Shown here piece by piece: positions 1 through 9,173 of a DNA stretch of 64,000 bases; position 1 is the first letter of the stretch; every line of letters starts with the position of its first letter. Location of the stretch: NCBI GenBank assembly GCA_029862975.1, contig JAOTWP010000003.1, positions 5,904 to 69,903 on the forward strand. Reading direction: 5' to 3'. The DNA comes from Acidobacteriota bacterium (lineage in GTDB: Bacteria; Acidobacteriota; Thermoanaerobaculia; Multivoradales; JAHEKO01). The notes under the pieces are model-generated. The model made no database searches, was not told the DNA's origin, and saw only the letters and a program-made list of their open reading frames with translations. The translations under genes and the position numbers were made by a program.

Positions 1-400
1 CGTCTGGGCCCGCGGCGACGGCTACCGCTCGGGAGGGAGCCTGGCGGCGCGATGGATCGCCGGGCTGTCCCGCGCCTCCTGGGCCGCCGTGCTGCCGCTC
101 GCGGCCCTGGGGATCGCGATCTTCCCCTACCGCCGCCGCCCCTTCGGTTGGTGGGTCCTCGGGTTCCTCGCCTCACAGTGCGCGCTCTTCCTCGTGCTCC
201 ACGTCAAGACCCGCTACCGCGTGCAGATGCTCCCGGCCTTCTTCCTCTTTGCGGCCTACGCCGCGGTACGGCTGCGCGACCTCTGGTCCCGCCGCCGAGC
301 CGCCAGCCCCCTCGCCGATCCTCCTCCCGTCCCCGCCTGGCGCTGGGCCACCGGCGCCGCCCTCGCCGGCCTGCTCCTCTTCCTGGCCTTCGGTGGTTGA
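1..400 (+). CDS. 3' end of an integral membrane protein gene that starts upstream of the window (family unresolved)
   Basis: Frame 2 is open from the window edge to TGA at 398-400. The tail has several TM-like hydrophobic runs (AALGIAIFPY, WWVLGFLASQCALFLVL, MLPAFFLFAAYAAV, ALAGLLLFLAF). It sits next to glycan genes. Confidence 0.55.
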   Translation, partial: VWARGDGYRSGGSLAARWIAGLSRASWAAVLPLAALGIAIFPYRRRPFGWWVLGFLASQCALFLVLHVKTRYRVQMLPAFFLFAAYAAVRLRDLWSRRRAASPLADPPPVPAWRWATGAALAGLLLFLAFGG

Positions 401-590
401 GCAGGCTCCGAGCCGCGTTCAGGCAGGGCTTGCCAGGTAGATTCCTCCGCGGGGCCGATCTCGGTCGATCGAGCCCAGGACGTTCACCGCCCTACCTGGA
501 AAGCAACCGTGGTAGGTCTCAGCGGGTGCACCGGGCGTAGGAGCTGAGGGGGACCCGCGCCCGGCCGCTTCAGGCGAAGATCTCGGCCTG

Positions 591-1046
591 CTAGGCGCCG
601 TTGCCCGCTGGCTCGGCGTCTGCGTCTTCTCCCTCTGCGGGGAGCTTGGGCTTGGCGAAGATGATCGGCGTGAAGTCCTCGCGAACGCCTTGCAGCGAGA
701 TGCTCTCGACGTAGTAGTAGTAGCCCCGGGTGGGGTCGATCGCCCGGTCGACGTACTCGTAGGCGGAGGTCAGGTCGGTCGTTCCGGCGCCTTCGATGGG
801 GGACTCCGTGAGGCGCTCGAAGGGGCCCTCTTCGCTGTCGCCGCGGTAGACGTCGAAGCCGAAGTTGTCGACCTCGCTGGCCGTCGTCCACTTCAGGGTG
901 TTGGTGTAGACCTCGGGTGCCGGCTCGGCCGGCGGCGGTGGCGGCGCCGGCTCCGGCGGCGGGAGGGGCGCCGAGGCGCAGGCGGCGAGAACGAGCAGCG
1001 CTCCGGCGGTCGTCGCCGGGCGGCCGAGTCGGGTCGGGAATGCCAT
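591..1046 (-). CDS. small lipoprotein with one FN3/Ig-like beta domain
   Basis: ATG at 1046 is preceded by an AGGAGA RBS. There is a signal peptide with lipobox LAAC, a Pro-rich linker, then a beta-rich domain (KWTTASEVDNFGFDVYRG...YYYYVESISLQG). The upstream part of the 615-aa track ORF is Arg/Pro junk. Confidence 0.7.
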   Translation of the reverse strand: MAFPTRLGRPATTAGALLVLAACASAPLPPPEPAPPPPPAEPAPEVYTNTLKWTTASEVDNFGFDVYRGDSEEGPFERLTESPIEGAGTTDLTSAYEYVDRAIDPTRGYYYYVESISLQGVREDFTPIIFAKPKLPAEGEDADAEPAGNGA

Positions 1047-1202
1047 CAGGGGAATCTCCTTCGGGTGTCGGGTCGCAATGATCGATCGCCGATTGTGCCA
1101 GGACGGTCCGCCAAAAGCTACGGCTCGCGCGAATCGCGGATCGCGGAGCGGAGCGGGATACACTGAGGGTCTCGAAGGCGGCGTTGCGAAAGGGGATCCG
1201 GC

Positions 1203-2585
1203 GTGGGAGGAGCGCACAGTCAGAGGATTCTCGTCTGCGGGCTGTGCCCGCTGCCGTTCGAGAACACCTCCCGCAACTACGGCCCGGGCATCCGTACCTG
1301 GCAGCTGGCCAAGGGGCTGGCCGGCGACGGCCATTCCGTGCGGGTCGTCGCCATGGTCATCCCGGGGGTCTACGAGGAGGGCGAGCTCGCCGCCGCGGAG
1401 ACCGTCGACGGGATCTCGATCCGCCGCCTCGACGGGGCGGCGTTCCTCGATCCGGCGGTGATCCGCCGCGAGATCCGGCAGCTGCGGCCCGGCGCCCTGG
1501 TCGGCGCCACCATCTACGGCTCGCTCGCCCTCGCCCAGTGCGGCCCGGCCCAGCCGCTCTGGGCCGACCAGTTCGGTCACGTGATGGCCGAGGCGCAGGC
1601 CAAGGCGGCTCTCGAGGGCGAGAACTGGCCCGTGCCCCGGTGGTGGCGCATGGTTCTGCCGGTCGCCAGCCGCGCCGACCGCATCTCGGTGGTCTCGGAG
1701 CGCCAGCGCTACGCGGCGATCGGCGAGCTGGGCGCCATCGGCCGGCTGACCGGGGAGACCTGCGGCTACGAGTTCACGTCCGTCATCCCCTGCGGTCTGG
1801 TGGAGGAGCCGCCCTTCGCGAGCGGGTCGGCGGCGGTCGTGCGCGGGCGGGCGGTGCCGGCGGACGCCTTCATCGTCCTGTGGAGCGGCGGCTACAACGT
1901 CTGGAGCGACGTCGAGACGCTCTTCGCCGGTCTCGATGCGGCGATGGAGGCGGAGGAATCGGTGGTCTTCGTGTCGACCGGGGGGGCCATCGACGGCCAC
2001 GACGACTCGACCTACGCCCGTTTCCGGGAGCTCGTCGCGGCGTCCGCCCACCGCTCCCGGTATCACCTGGCAGGCTGGGTCAAGCGCGAGGCCGTGCCGG
2101 CCTACGTCGCCGAGGCGGACCTCGGAGTTCTCACCGACCGGCCGATGTACGAGGGCACGCTGGGCTCGAAGAACCGGGTCGTCCAGTGGCTGGCGACCGG
2201 CCTGCCGGCGGTCTACAACCGGGTCGGGGACATCGGCGACTACCTGGCGCGGGGCCGCTTCGGCCTCACCTTTCCGGTCGGGGACGCCGCGGCTCTGGGC
2301 GAGCGCATCCTGTGGGCCGCGCGGAACCGCGACGAGCTCGCCGAGATGGCCGAGCGGGCCCGGCGGGCCTGCCGCCGCGACTTCTCGTTCACGGCGACGA
2401 CCGTCGACCTGCGGGCCTGGGCGGCGGCGCCGAGCCACGCGCCGGACTTCCGCCCGGCGGCCGTGCGCTCGCCGTTCGACTTCGAAGAGGCTCCCGCCGC
2501 GCCGCCGCCGCCGGATCCGGCGCCCCGGCCGCGGGGCTGGCGCCGGCGCCTGCGCGCGGCGGCACGGGCTCTGCTCGGGCGCTAG
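1203..2585 (+). CDS. GT-B fold glycosyltransferase (GT4-like)
   Basis: GTG start. The N-terminus RILVCGLCPLPFENTSRNYGPGIRTWQLAKGLAGDGHSVRVV is typical of a GT4 acceptor domain. The C-terminal half has the E-x7-E-like region (GTLGSKNRVVQWLATGLPAV). Confidence 0.75.
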   Translation: MGGAHSQRILVCGLCPLPFENTSRNYGPGIRTWQLAKGLAGDGHSVRVVAMVIPGVYEEGELAAAETVDGISIRRLDGAAFLDPAVIRREIRQLRPGALVGATIYGSLALAQCGPAQPLWADQFGHVMAEAQAKAALEGENWPVPRWWRMVLPVASRADRISVVSERQRYAAIGELGAIGRLTGETCGYEFTSVIPCGLVEEPPFASGSAAVVRGRAVPADAFIVLWSGGYNVWSDVETLFAGLDAAMEAEESVVFVSTGGAIDGHDDSTYARFRELVAASAHRSRYHLAGWVKREAVPAYVAEADLGVLTDRPMYEGTLGSKNRVVQWLATGLPAVYNRVGDIGDYLARGRFGLTFPVGDAAALGERILWAARNRDELAEMAERARRACRRDFSFTATTVDLRAWAAAPSHAPDFRPAAVRSPFDFEEAPAAPPPPDPAPRPRGWRRRLRAAARALLGR

Positions 2586-2622
2586 AAGGCCCGAGGTCCG
2601 CGGAGCGGACCGCGGCCGCCGC

Positions 2623-4062
2623 TCACGACGGCGAGGAATCCGCGGCGGCGCCGCGCCGCAGCAGGCCGCGCAGCCGGGAAGCGATCCGGCGCAGCCAGGG
2701 GCGGCGCCCCTCGAGCGCCGAGATCCGGGCTTCGAGGCTGGCGAGCCCGGACTCGACGTGCTCGGCGTGGCCGAAGAGGGCGCCGGCGCGGTCCCGGGCG
2801 GCGTCCGCGCGCCGGGCGAGGTGGTCGAGCGCAGCCTCGGCGACGCCCAGCTTCTGCTCGATCGTCACGAGCTTCTCCTCGATGCCGACCTCGACCTCCC
2901 AGCGGACGACCTTCGCCCGCAGGTCCGCTTCGCTCGTCCGGAGGTGGCGGATGCCGCCTTCGGTGGCGGCCAGCGCCGCCGTCAGATGGCCGAGGGTGCG
3001 GTCGACCTCCGCCGTCCGCTCGCCCCGCTCGCCGGCCTGCCTGGCCAGCTCGCGCTCCAGCAACGCGAGCCGCTCGACGAGCGAGCCGAGGTCGCGCTCG
3101 ATCGCCTCGAGGCCGCCGCCGAGGCGCTCCGAGGCGGCGGCCAGCTGATCCTGCAGCGAGCCGCCCCGCGCCCACATCTCGCGCTCGGCCTCGCGGCGGG
3201 CGAACTGGTGGAGATGCTCGAGCATCACGGGATCGACGCCGGCCACGACCTCCGCGAGCTCGCGGGCCGCCCGGTCGAAGGGCCCGGTGGCGCCGGGATC
3301 GCCGGCGGCGCCGGCGAGCGCCGCGACCAGCAGGGGGACGACGCCCGCCAGCCGCCCCCAGCCTTCCTCGGCGCCGGCGTCCCTGGGACTCTGGTGCCGC
3401 AGCCCCGAATCGAGGAACTCGGCCAGCGCCGCGCCGGCGGCGGCCGGCTCCCGCGGCCAGCGGACGCCCAGCTGCCGGCCGGCGCGAGTCAGCGCCGCGG
3501 TCGGGTCGCCGAGCAGGCCCTCGAAGTCGACGAAGGCACGCGGCAGGTGCCGGCTGGCGCGCTCGGCTTCGAGAACGTGAAGGCTCCAGAGCCGGGCCGA
3601 CTTCTCGCGCGAGAAGCCGTTGCGGCGGGCGAGCGAGCTCGCGATTTCGACGACGGCGCGGCTCGCCACGAGGACGTGGGGCGTCGCTCCGACGGCCTCG
3701 AGAACAGGCAGCCACAGCGGCAGCAGCCGCGACAGCCGCGGATCCTTGACGCCCCAGAGCTCGCTCGTGCCGAACTCCTCCTCGAGGATCGAGCGCAGCT
3801 CGCCGCGAAACAGCTCGGCGCGGTCGCGCCCGGCCGCGGCCTCCCAGTCCCGCGGCGCGGGATCGTCCCAGCTGCTGCCGCAGGCGGTCAGGAGCCGGTC
3901 GTGGAGCGCCAGGATCCGTCGGTGCTCGTAGTACCCGCGCACGTTGTCGTGCTGCGCCGCGACGAGATTCGCGCCGAAGTCGACGCCCAGCCGATGGAGG
4001 GCGCCCGCGAGGGCCGAAGTCCCGCTCCGGTGCATCCCGACGACGATGAGGCAGTCCGGCAT
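2623..4062 (-). CDS. sulfotransferase-family protein with a ~170-aa C-terminal coiled coil
   Basis: ATG at 4062. The N-terminal LIVVGMHRSGTSAL matches the PAPS 5'-phosphosulfate-binding loop of sulfotransferases. The last third (LGGGLEAIERDLGSLVERLALLERELARQ...LASLEARISALEG) has heptad-like Leu/Glu/Arg periodicity. Confidence 0.7.
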   Translation of the reverse strand: MPDCLIVVGMHRSGTSALAGALHRLGVDFGANLVAAQHDNVRGYYEHRRILALHDRLLTACGSSWDDPAPRDWEAAAGRDRAELFRGELRSILEEEFGTSELWGVKDPRLSRLLPLWLPVLEAVGATPHVLVASRAVVEIASSLARRNGFSREKSARLWSLHVLEAERASRHLPRAFVDFEGLLGDPTAALTRAGRQLGVRWPREPAAAGAALAEFLDSGLRHQSPRDAGAEEGWGRLAGVVPLLVAALAGAAGDPGATGPFDRAARELAEVVAGVDPVMLEHLHQFARREAEREMWARGGSLQDQLAAASERLGGGLEAIERDLGSLVERLALLERELARQAGERGERTAEVDRTLGHLTAALAATEGGIRHLRTSEADLRAKVVRWEVEVGIEEKLVTIEQKLGVAEAALDHLARRADAARDRAGALFGHAEHVESGLASLEARISALEGRRPWLRRIASRLRGLLRRGAAADSSPS

Positions 4063-4188
4063 TGAGGCGCGTCTCGCGGACCCCCGGGTCCGGCTTCGCG
4101 GATGCTAGCAGGCCGCGGCCTCCACCGCGGGCGATCGGCCGGAGCCTCGTTGCATGCGGCCAGCTTCGCTACTACAGTCACGGTCCCG

Positions 4189-6231
4189 ATGTTCCTGTTC
4201 TCCCGTGTCCGCGAACGTCTCGGCGCGCTGCGGCGCAGGCGCCGCGAGGCCGGGCAGCCACGGGCCGCGGAGCTGGCCCTGGAAGTGGCGATGCCCTGGA
4301 TCGTCTCGGAGAGCAGGTTTCCCGAGGTGCGCTCGGAGCCCGACCCGCTCGTCTCGGTGGTGATCCCGGCGTTCGGCGAGCTGCCGATGACGCTGCGCTG
4401 TCTGCACGCCGTCGCCCGGGCGGCGGGCGGCGCGTCCCACGAGGTGATCGTCGTCGACGACGCTTCGCAGCCGTCGCTCGTCGATGCCCTCGGGTCGACC
4501 CGGGGTCTCAAGGTCGAGCGGCTGGAGGCGCAGCGGGGCTTCGTGGGCGCGGCCAATCGCGGCGCCGCGGTGGCGCGGGGCCGCCTCCTGGTCTTCCTCA
4601 ACAACGACACGGCCGTCTGCGACGGCTGGCTCGACGCGCTCTCCCGGCGGCTGCTCGGCCGCGACGTCGGGATCGTCGGTGGCCAGCTCGTCTCGCCGGA
4701 CGGCCGGGTCCAGGAGGCCGGCGGCATCGTCTGGCGCGACGGCTCGGCCACCAACTACGGCCGCGGGCTGCATCCGGAGGCCCCGGCCGTGGCCTTCGCC
4801 CGCCCGGTCGACTACGTCTCGGCCGCCTGCCTGATGATCGAGCACAGGCTGTTCCGCGAGCTCGGGGGATTCGACGAGCGCTACGCGCCGGGCTACTACG
4901 AGGACGTCGACCTGGCGTTCCGCGTCCGCGCCTCCGGCCTGCGCGTGGAGTACGAGCCCGCGGCCCGCGTCTACCACCTGGAGGGCGGTACCGCGGGCAC
5001 CGATCTCGGCAGCGGCATGAAACGCTTCCAGGAGCGCAATCAGCGCGTGTTCCGCGATCGCTGGCCGCACGTGCTGCTGCAGCAGCCGACCCGCGAACTC
5101 GGCCCCGATCTGGCGCGCGTCCACGGCGCCGGCCGCGCCTGTCTGGTGGTCGATCGCCAGCTGCCCACGCCGGCACGTGACGCCGGCTCGCAACGTCTGT
5201 CGCGAATGCTCCGCGAGCTCCTGGAGATGGGCTGGCAGGTCACCCTCGCCGCCTTCGACCTCGCCGACGGCGCGGAGCGGCCGGCGCTCGAGAGCGCCGG
5301 CATCGAGGTGCTCCGGCGGCCGTTCGTCCACTCGCTCGAGGCCTATCTTCGCGCGCACGGCAGGCGCTTCGACCGCGTGCTCCTGAGCCGGCTCGGTGTC
5401 GCTCGCCGGCTTCTGCCGACCGTGGCCCGGTTGTGCCCGAGTGCCGGAGTCGTCTTCGACACGGTGGACCTGCGCTCGCTGCGCGAGGGCCGGGAGGCCG
5501 CGCTGCGCGACGACAGCAGGGCTCGCAAGCGCGCCGAGCGCACCCGCAAGGCGGAGCTCCGGATGGTGGCGAAGGCGGACGCCACGCTCGTGACCTCGCC
5601 GATCGAGCGCGAGTATCTGGCGCGCCAGAATCGGATCGCCACGATCGCGGTGGTCCCGACCAGCTATCCCGTCGTGCGGCCGCAGATGGAGTTCGAGCGC
5701 CGCTCCGGAGCGCTGTTCATCGGCGGCTTCGGCCATGCGCCGAACGTCGACGGCATTCTCTGGTTCCTCGACGAGATCTGGCCCCGCGTGAAGATCCTCC
5801 TGCCGGAGTTTCAGCTCCACGTCCTGGGCGAGGAGCCGCCGCAGGAGCTCTACCGCCGGGCCCGGGCCGGGGTGCACATCCACGGCTTCGTGCCCGACGT
5901 GTCGGCGTTCTTCGAGCAGGTGCGGATGTCCGTCGCGCCGCTGCGCTTTGGCGCCGGCCTCAAGGGCAAGGTGCATCAGAGCCTGGCCCTGGGTCTGCCG
6001 TGCGTCGCCACGCCCATCGCGGCCGAGGGGCTGGGGCTCATGCCCGATCTCCACGCCGTGCTGGCGGCGGGCGCCAACGACTTCGCGGAAGGCGTGATCC
6101 GGCTCAACTCCGACCGCGACCTGTGGCAACGGCTGTCGATCGAGGGCAGGGCCCACGTCGGCCGCTACTTCTCGGACGACGCGATGCGGGCCGGCCTCGT
6201 CCAGGCCCTCAGCGCCCGGCGAGGCTCGTAA
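4189..6231 (+). CDS. two-domain glycosyltransferase (N-terminal GT2 / GT-A, C-terminal GT4-like / GT-B)
   Basis: ATG at 4189 (MFLFSRVRERL). The GT2 part has VSVVIPAFGE...VIVVDDASQPS...NNDT...YYEDVDLAFR. The C-terminal half has FIGGFGHAPNVDG...APLRFGAGLKGKVHQSLALGLPCVAT, a GT-B nucleotide-sugar-binding region. Confidence 0.75.
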   Translation: MFLFSRVRERLGALRRRRREAGQPRAAELALEVAMPWIVSESRFPEVRSEPDPLVSVVIPAFGELPMTLRCLHAVARAAGGASHEVIVVDDASQPSLVDALGSTRGLKVERLEAQRGFVGAANRGAAVARGRLLVFLNNDTAVCDGWLDALSRRLLGRDVGIVGGQLVSPDGRVQEAGGIVWRDGSATNYGRGLHPEAPAVAFARPVDYVSAACLMIEHRLFRELGGFDERYAPGYYEDVDLAFRVRASGLRVEYEPAARVYHLEGGTAGTDLGSGMKRFQERNQRVFRDRWPHVLLQQPTRELGPDLARVHGAGRACLVVDRQLPTPARDAGSQRLSRMLRELLEMGWQVTLAAFDLADGAERPALESAGIEVLRRPFVHSLEAYLRAHGRRFDRVLLSRLGVARRLLPTVARLCPSAGVVFDTVDLRSLREGREAALRDDSRARKRAERTRKAELRMVAKADATLVTSPIEREYLARQNRIATIAVVPTSYPVVRPQMEFERRSGALFIGGFGHAPNVDGILWFLDEIWPRVKILLPEFQLHVLGEEPPQELYRRARAGVHIHGFVPDVSAFFEQVRMSVAPLRFGAGLKGKVHQSLALGLPCVATPIAAEGLGLMPDLHAVLAAGANDFAEGVIRLNSDRDLWQRLSIEGRAHVGRYFSDDAMRAGLVQALSARRGS

Positions 6232-7216
6232 AGAGCTCGCGGTAGGCGGAGAGGCAGCTGGCGCGGGAGAAGGCCTCGAGGTCGAGCCCCGCCGTGGCCG
6301 CCCGGTACGCCGGATAGTCCCTCTCGAGGCGGTCGAGCGCGGCGCCGAGAGCCGCGGGGGAGCAGGCGGCGACGACGCCGCAGCCGCGGTCGCGGACCCA
6401 GTCGGAAAGCGCGATCTCCGGGCTCGTCAGGACCGGGCGGCCGGCGGCCAGCCCCTCGAGGAGGGAGTGGGGGTAGGCCTTGACGACCCGCCGGGACGTG
6501 GCCGCGAGGACGACGACGTGCGCCCGGCCGAGCGCCTCGGCGACGTCCACCGCGCCGGCGGCGATCTCGACCCGGTCGCCGAGTCCGGCGCGGCCCACCC
6601 GGCGCTCGATCTCCGCGAGCAGGACGCCCCGCCACAGCAGGACGAGACGCAGGCGCGGCCGCGACCGCACGGCCGCGAGCAGGGCGTCGATCCCCTTGGT
6701 CGCGAACTGGCGGCGGGTCCACGGTGCCGAGGCCATCATGAGGGTGAAGGGACCGGCGGGCGGCGGGCCGACGCGCCGGAAGCGCGGGAGGTCGAGGCCG
6801 GGTGGGATCACCCGGACTCCGTCGACGCCCCACGAGCGCAGCCGATCGCCGTCGGCGGGCGACGACACCACCACCGCGCGGTAGAGCCGAGCGGGTGCGA
6901 TGGCGTCGCGCGGCCGCGGGGGGCAGACCAGCAGGCGGCAGACGAGCGGCCGCTCGAGACGGCGCAACGCCGGATGGTCGAGCAAGAAGTCCGAGGTCAC
7001 GTGGTGGAGGTCGACCCGGCCGTCGGCCTCCGCCAGCGCCCGGACCTGCGCCCCGCGCAGCCAGCGCCGGGGGATCCAGGGCCGGTAGGCGGCCGCCGGG
7101 TAGAGGTGGGCGAGCGAGCCGCCGAACTCGGAGCGCAGCAGCTCGACCTCCTGCACCGCGGCATCGAGACCGGGGACCGGCGGCGGCGGCGTCGTGAGAT
7201 GGAAGGCGATCTTCAT
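6209..7216 (-). CDS. GT4-like glycosyltransferase (last gene of the minus-strand glycan operon)
   Basis: ATG at 7216 (MKIAFHLTTP) overlaps the upstream stop as ATGA. The C-terminal motif is AYPHSLLEGLAAGRPVLTS. The 842-aa track ORF extension is junk. Confidence 0.7.
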   Translation of the reverse strand: MKIAFHLTTPPPPVPGLDAAVQEVELLRSEFGGSLAHLYPAAAYRPWIPRRWLRGAQVRALAEADGRVDLHHVTSDFLLDHPALRRLERPLVCRLLVCPPRPRDAIAPARLYRAVVVSSPADGDRLRSWGVDGVRVIPPGLDLPRFRRVGPPPAGPFTLMMASAPWTRRQFATKGIDALLAAVRSRPRLRLVLLWRGVLLAEIERRVGRAGLGDRVEIAAGAVDVAEALGRAHVVVLAATSRRVVKAYPHSLLEGLAAGRPVLTSPEIALSDWVRDRGCGVVAACSPAALGAALDRLERDYPAYRAATAGLDLEAFSRASCLSAYRELFTSLAGR

Positions 7217-8250
7217 CGCGCCCCGAGCCGGCGCAGGATCAGGCGGCGCAGGGGAGGCTCGCCGAGCTCGCGACTCAGCAGCCGGCGGAAGCGCTCGACG
7301 GGGATCCGCCGGCGGCGCTGGATCCGGCGGCGCTCGCGCAGGATCGCCGGCAGCCGGCGCAGGAAATCGCCGTAGCCGGCGAGCGAAGCGAGTGGCCGCC
7401 GGTAGGCGGCGGCGAAATAGCACTGGCCCCAGACGAGGGCCGGCAGGTGACGCAAGAGCAGGCGGCCGGGGAGGTTCTTGACGACGGTGGCGGCGCGATT
7501 GGCCGTCAGCAGCCGGACGTAGCCCGGCCGGGGGAGGGCGGAGCCGCCGCCCTCGTGCAGGACCCGCGCCGCCGGCACGAACAGGCACTCCCAGCCCGCC
7601 AGCTGGGCTCGCAGGCCGAGGTCGACGTCCTCGAGGTAGCTGCCGAAGGACTCGTCGAAGAGGCCGACGTCGTCGAGCATCGAGCGCCGGTAGAGGGCCG
7701 CGCCGGCCGAGGCCGACAGCACCCGCTCCGGGCGCGTCCAGCCGGCGGCCGGCTCGCCGTGTCCCCGCTTGCGGGCAGAGCCGTAGCGGCTGAACGTGTC
7801 GCCGGCGCCGTCGATGCGCTCCGGCACCGCGAGCTGCAACATCTTCGAGGCGGCAAAGCCCACGGAGTCCGGCGCGGCCTCGAGGTGGGCGGCGAGCTGT
7901 GCCAGCCAGTCCGGGGCGGCCTGCGTGTCGACGTTGAGCAGCGCCACCAGAGGGGCCGTCGTCGCCCGGATCCCCGCGTTGGCGGCGGTCGCGAAGCCGC
8001 CGTGCACCGGCTGGCGCAGCAGCCGCATGCGCGGCGGCCGGCTGCCCGGTCCGGCGCCCGGCGGCGCCCCGTGCCCGGCTTCGAGCCGGGCCTCGAGCCG
8101 CGCCGCCGTGTCGTCGGTCGAGGCGTCGTCGACGAAGACGATCGCAGCGGGCGCCAGCGTCTGGGCCGCAAGTGCCGCCAGGCAGCCGTCCAGCCAGCGC
8201 GCGGAGTTCCACACCGGAACGACGACGTCGACGGCCGGCCGGCCGGTCAT
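7213..8250 (-). CDS. GT2 family glycosyltransferase
   Basis: ATG at 8250 ([20 protein letters not shown]) overlaps the upstream stop as ATGA. Motifs: VFVDDASTDDT, GGFATAANAG, LNVDT, SYLEDVDLGLR. Confidence 0.8.
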   Translation of the reverse strand: MTGRPAVDVVVPVWNSARWLDGCLAALAAQTLAPAAIVFVDDASTDDTAARLEARLEAGHGAPPGAGPGSRPPRMRLLRQPVHGGFATAANAGIRATTAPLVALLNVDTQAAPDWLAQLAAHLEAAPDSVGFAASKMLQLAVPERIDGAGDTFSRYGSARKRGHGEPAAGWTRPERVLSASAGAALYRRSMLDDVGLFDESFGSYLEDVDLGLRAQLAGWECLFVPAARVLHEGGGSALPRPGYVRLLTANRAATVVKNLPGRLLLRHLPALVWGQCYFAAAYRRPLASLAGYGDFLRRLPAILRERRRIQRRRRIPVERFRRLLSRELGEPPLRRLILRRLGAR

Positions 8251-9173
8251 CGCCGCACCCGCTCGTCGGCGGGGCCGAAGCGTCCCCGGAGTCCGTCGGC
8301 GACGGCGAGAGCCAGGGCGCGGCCGCGGTCCCGGCGTCCGGCGGCGAGCGCGCCCAGGCAGCCGCGCAGCGCCCAGACGGCGAGCGCCGCCGCCGGCGCG
8401 GCGCGGCGCCGGCGCACGAACAGGAACCGGTTGCGCAGGCTGTAGTAGGCGTAGAGCACCGCCCGCTGGTCGGCCGCGGCGTCCAGATCGTGGCGCGCCC
8501 GCGCGGCCGGCACGATGTAGCTGCCCAGGCCGGCGTCGCCGGCCCGAGCGCACAGGTCCGCCATCTCGCCGGAGAAGAAATAGGCCTCTTCGAAGCCGCC
8601 GATCGCGGCGAGCGGCGCGCGCCGCAGGAGGGCCGCGGTGCCGGGCACGTAGTCGACGCGGTACGGGCGGCCGGCCGCGAGCTCGGCGGCGCGCTCGGCC
8701 GCGCGCGCGTGGGTGCGCCCGTGGCGGCCGGGGTCACGGCCGCCGGCGGCGATCACCTCGTGCGGAGGCGCTGCGGCCTCGAGAACCGGGCCGGCGACGG
8801 CCGCTTCGGGGTGCGCCACGAGGAAGGCGAGCAGCTCGCCGGCCGCGTCCTCGCCGAGCTCCGCGTCGTTGTTGAGGAGCAGAACGAACTCCGCATCGGT
8901 CGTCGCCAGCGCGCGGTTCACCGCCGCGCCGAACCCGGCGTTGGTCGGGTTGGCCAGGACCCGGGCGCCCGGCAGGGCCTCGCGCAGGCGGGCGACGGCA
9001 GCCGCTCCCGACGCGTTGTCGACGACCGTCACGGCAGGCGCGAGCAGGCGCCAGCCCAGCAGCCGGCGGGCACATTCGACGGTCGCCCGCTCCTGGCGCC
9101 AGTTGACGACGACGGCGGCGATCGCGGCTTCGGCGCCTGGTCGGTGGCCGGCGTCAGAACGCGCCGCGGCCAC
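8247..9173 (-). CDS. GT2 family glycosyltransferase
   Basis: Motifs: VVVNWRQ...VTVVDNAS...[12 protein letters not shown]...LLNNDAEL...[17 protein letters not shown]. The start overlaps the end of the PGT gene by 20 nt. Confidence 0.75.
   Translation of the reverse strand: MAAARSDAGHRPGAEAAIAAVVVNWRQERATVECARRLLGWRLLAPAVTVVDNASGAAAVARLREALPGARVLANPTNAGFGAAVNRALATTDAEFVLLLNNDAELGEDAAGELLAFLVAHPEAAVAGPVLEAAAPPHEVIAAGGRDPGRHGRTHARAAERAAELAAGRPYRVDYVPGTAALLRRAPLAAIGGFEEAYFFSGEMADLCARAGDAGLGSYIVPAARARHDLDAAADQRAVLYAYYSLRNRFLFVRRRRAAPAAALAVWALRGCLGALAAGRRDRGRALALAVADGLRGRFGPADERVRR

Noticed and set aside
1047-2438. Upstream extensions of track ORFs: 591-2438, 6209-8737, 7213-8553, 13697-15397, 17553-18278, 39246-43820, 54833-57229 and others.
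   Set aside because: The extensions translate to low-complexity Arg/Pro sequence and run across neighbouring genes. Internal ATG or GTG starts with RBSs and 4-nt stop/start overlaps give sensible proteins.
1184-3148. Very long ORFs rich in Arg/Pro/Gly/Ala on the opposite strand or in shifted frames. Examples: 1184-3148 +, 1936-4065 +, 8713-11124 +, 15100-17337 -, 26799-30590 -, 35398-37818 -, 42134-46258 +, 44787-47033 -, 49160-51652 +.
   Set aside because: Their composition is the typical artefact of stop-poor wrong frames in ~70% GC DNA. Each overlaps a frame with clear family motifs, RBSs and protein-like composition.
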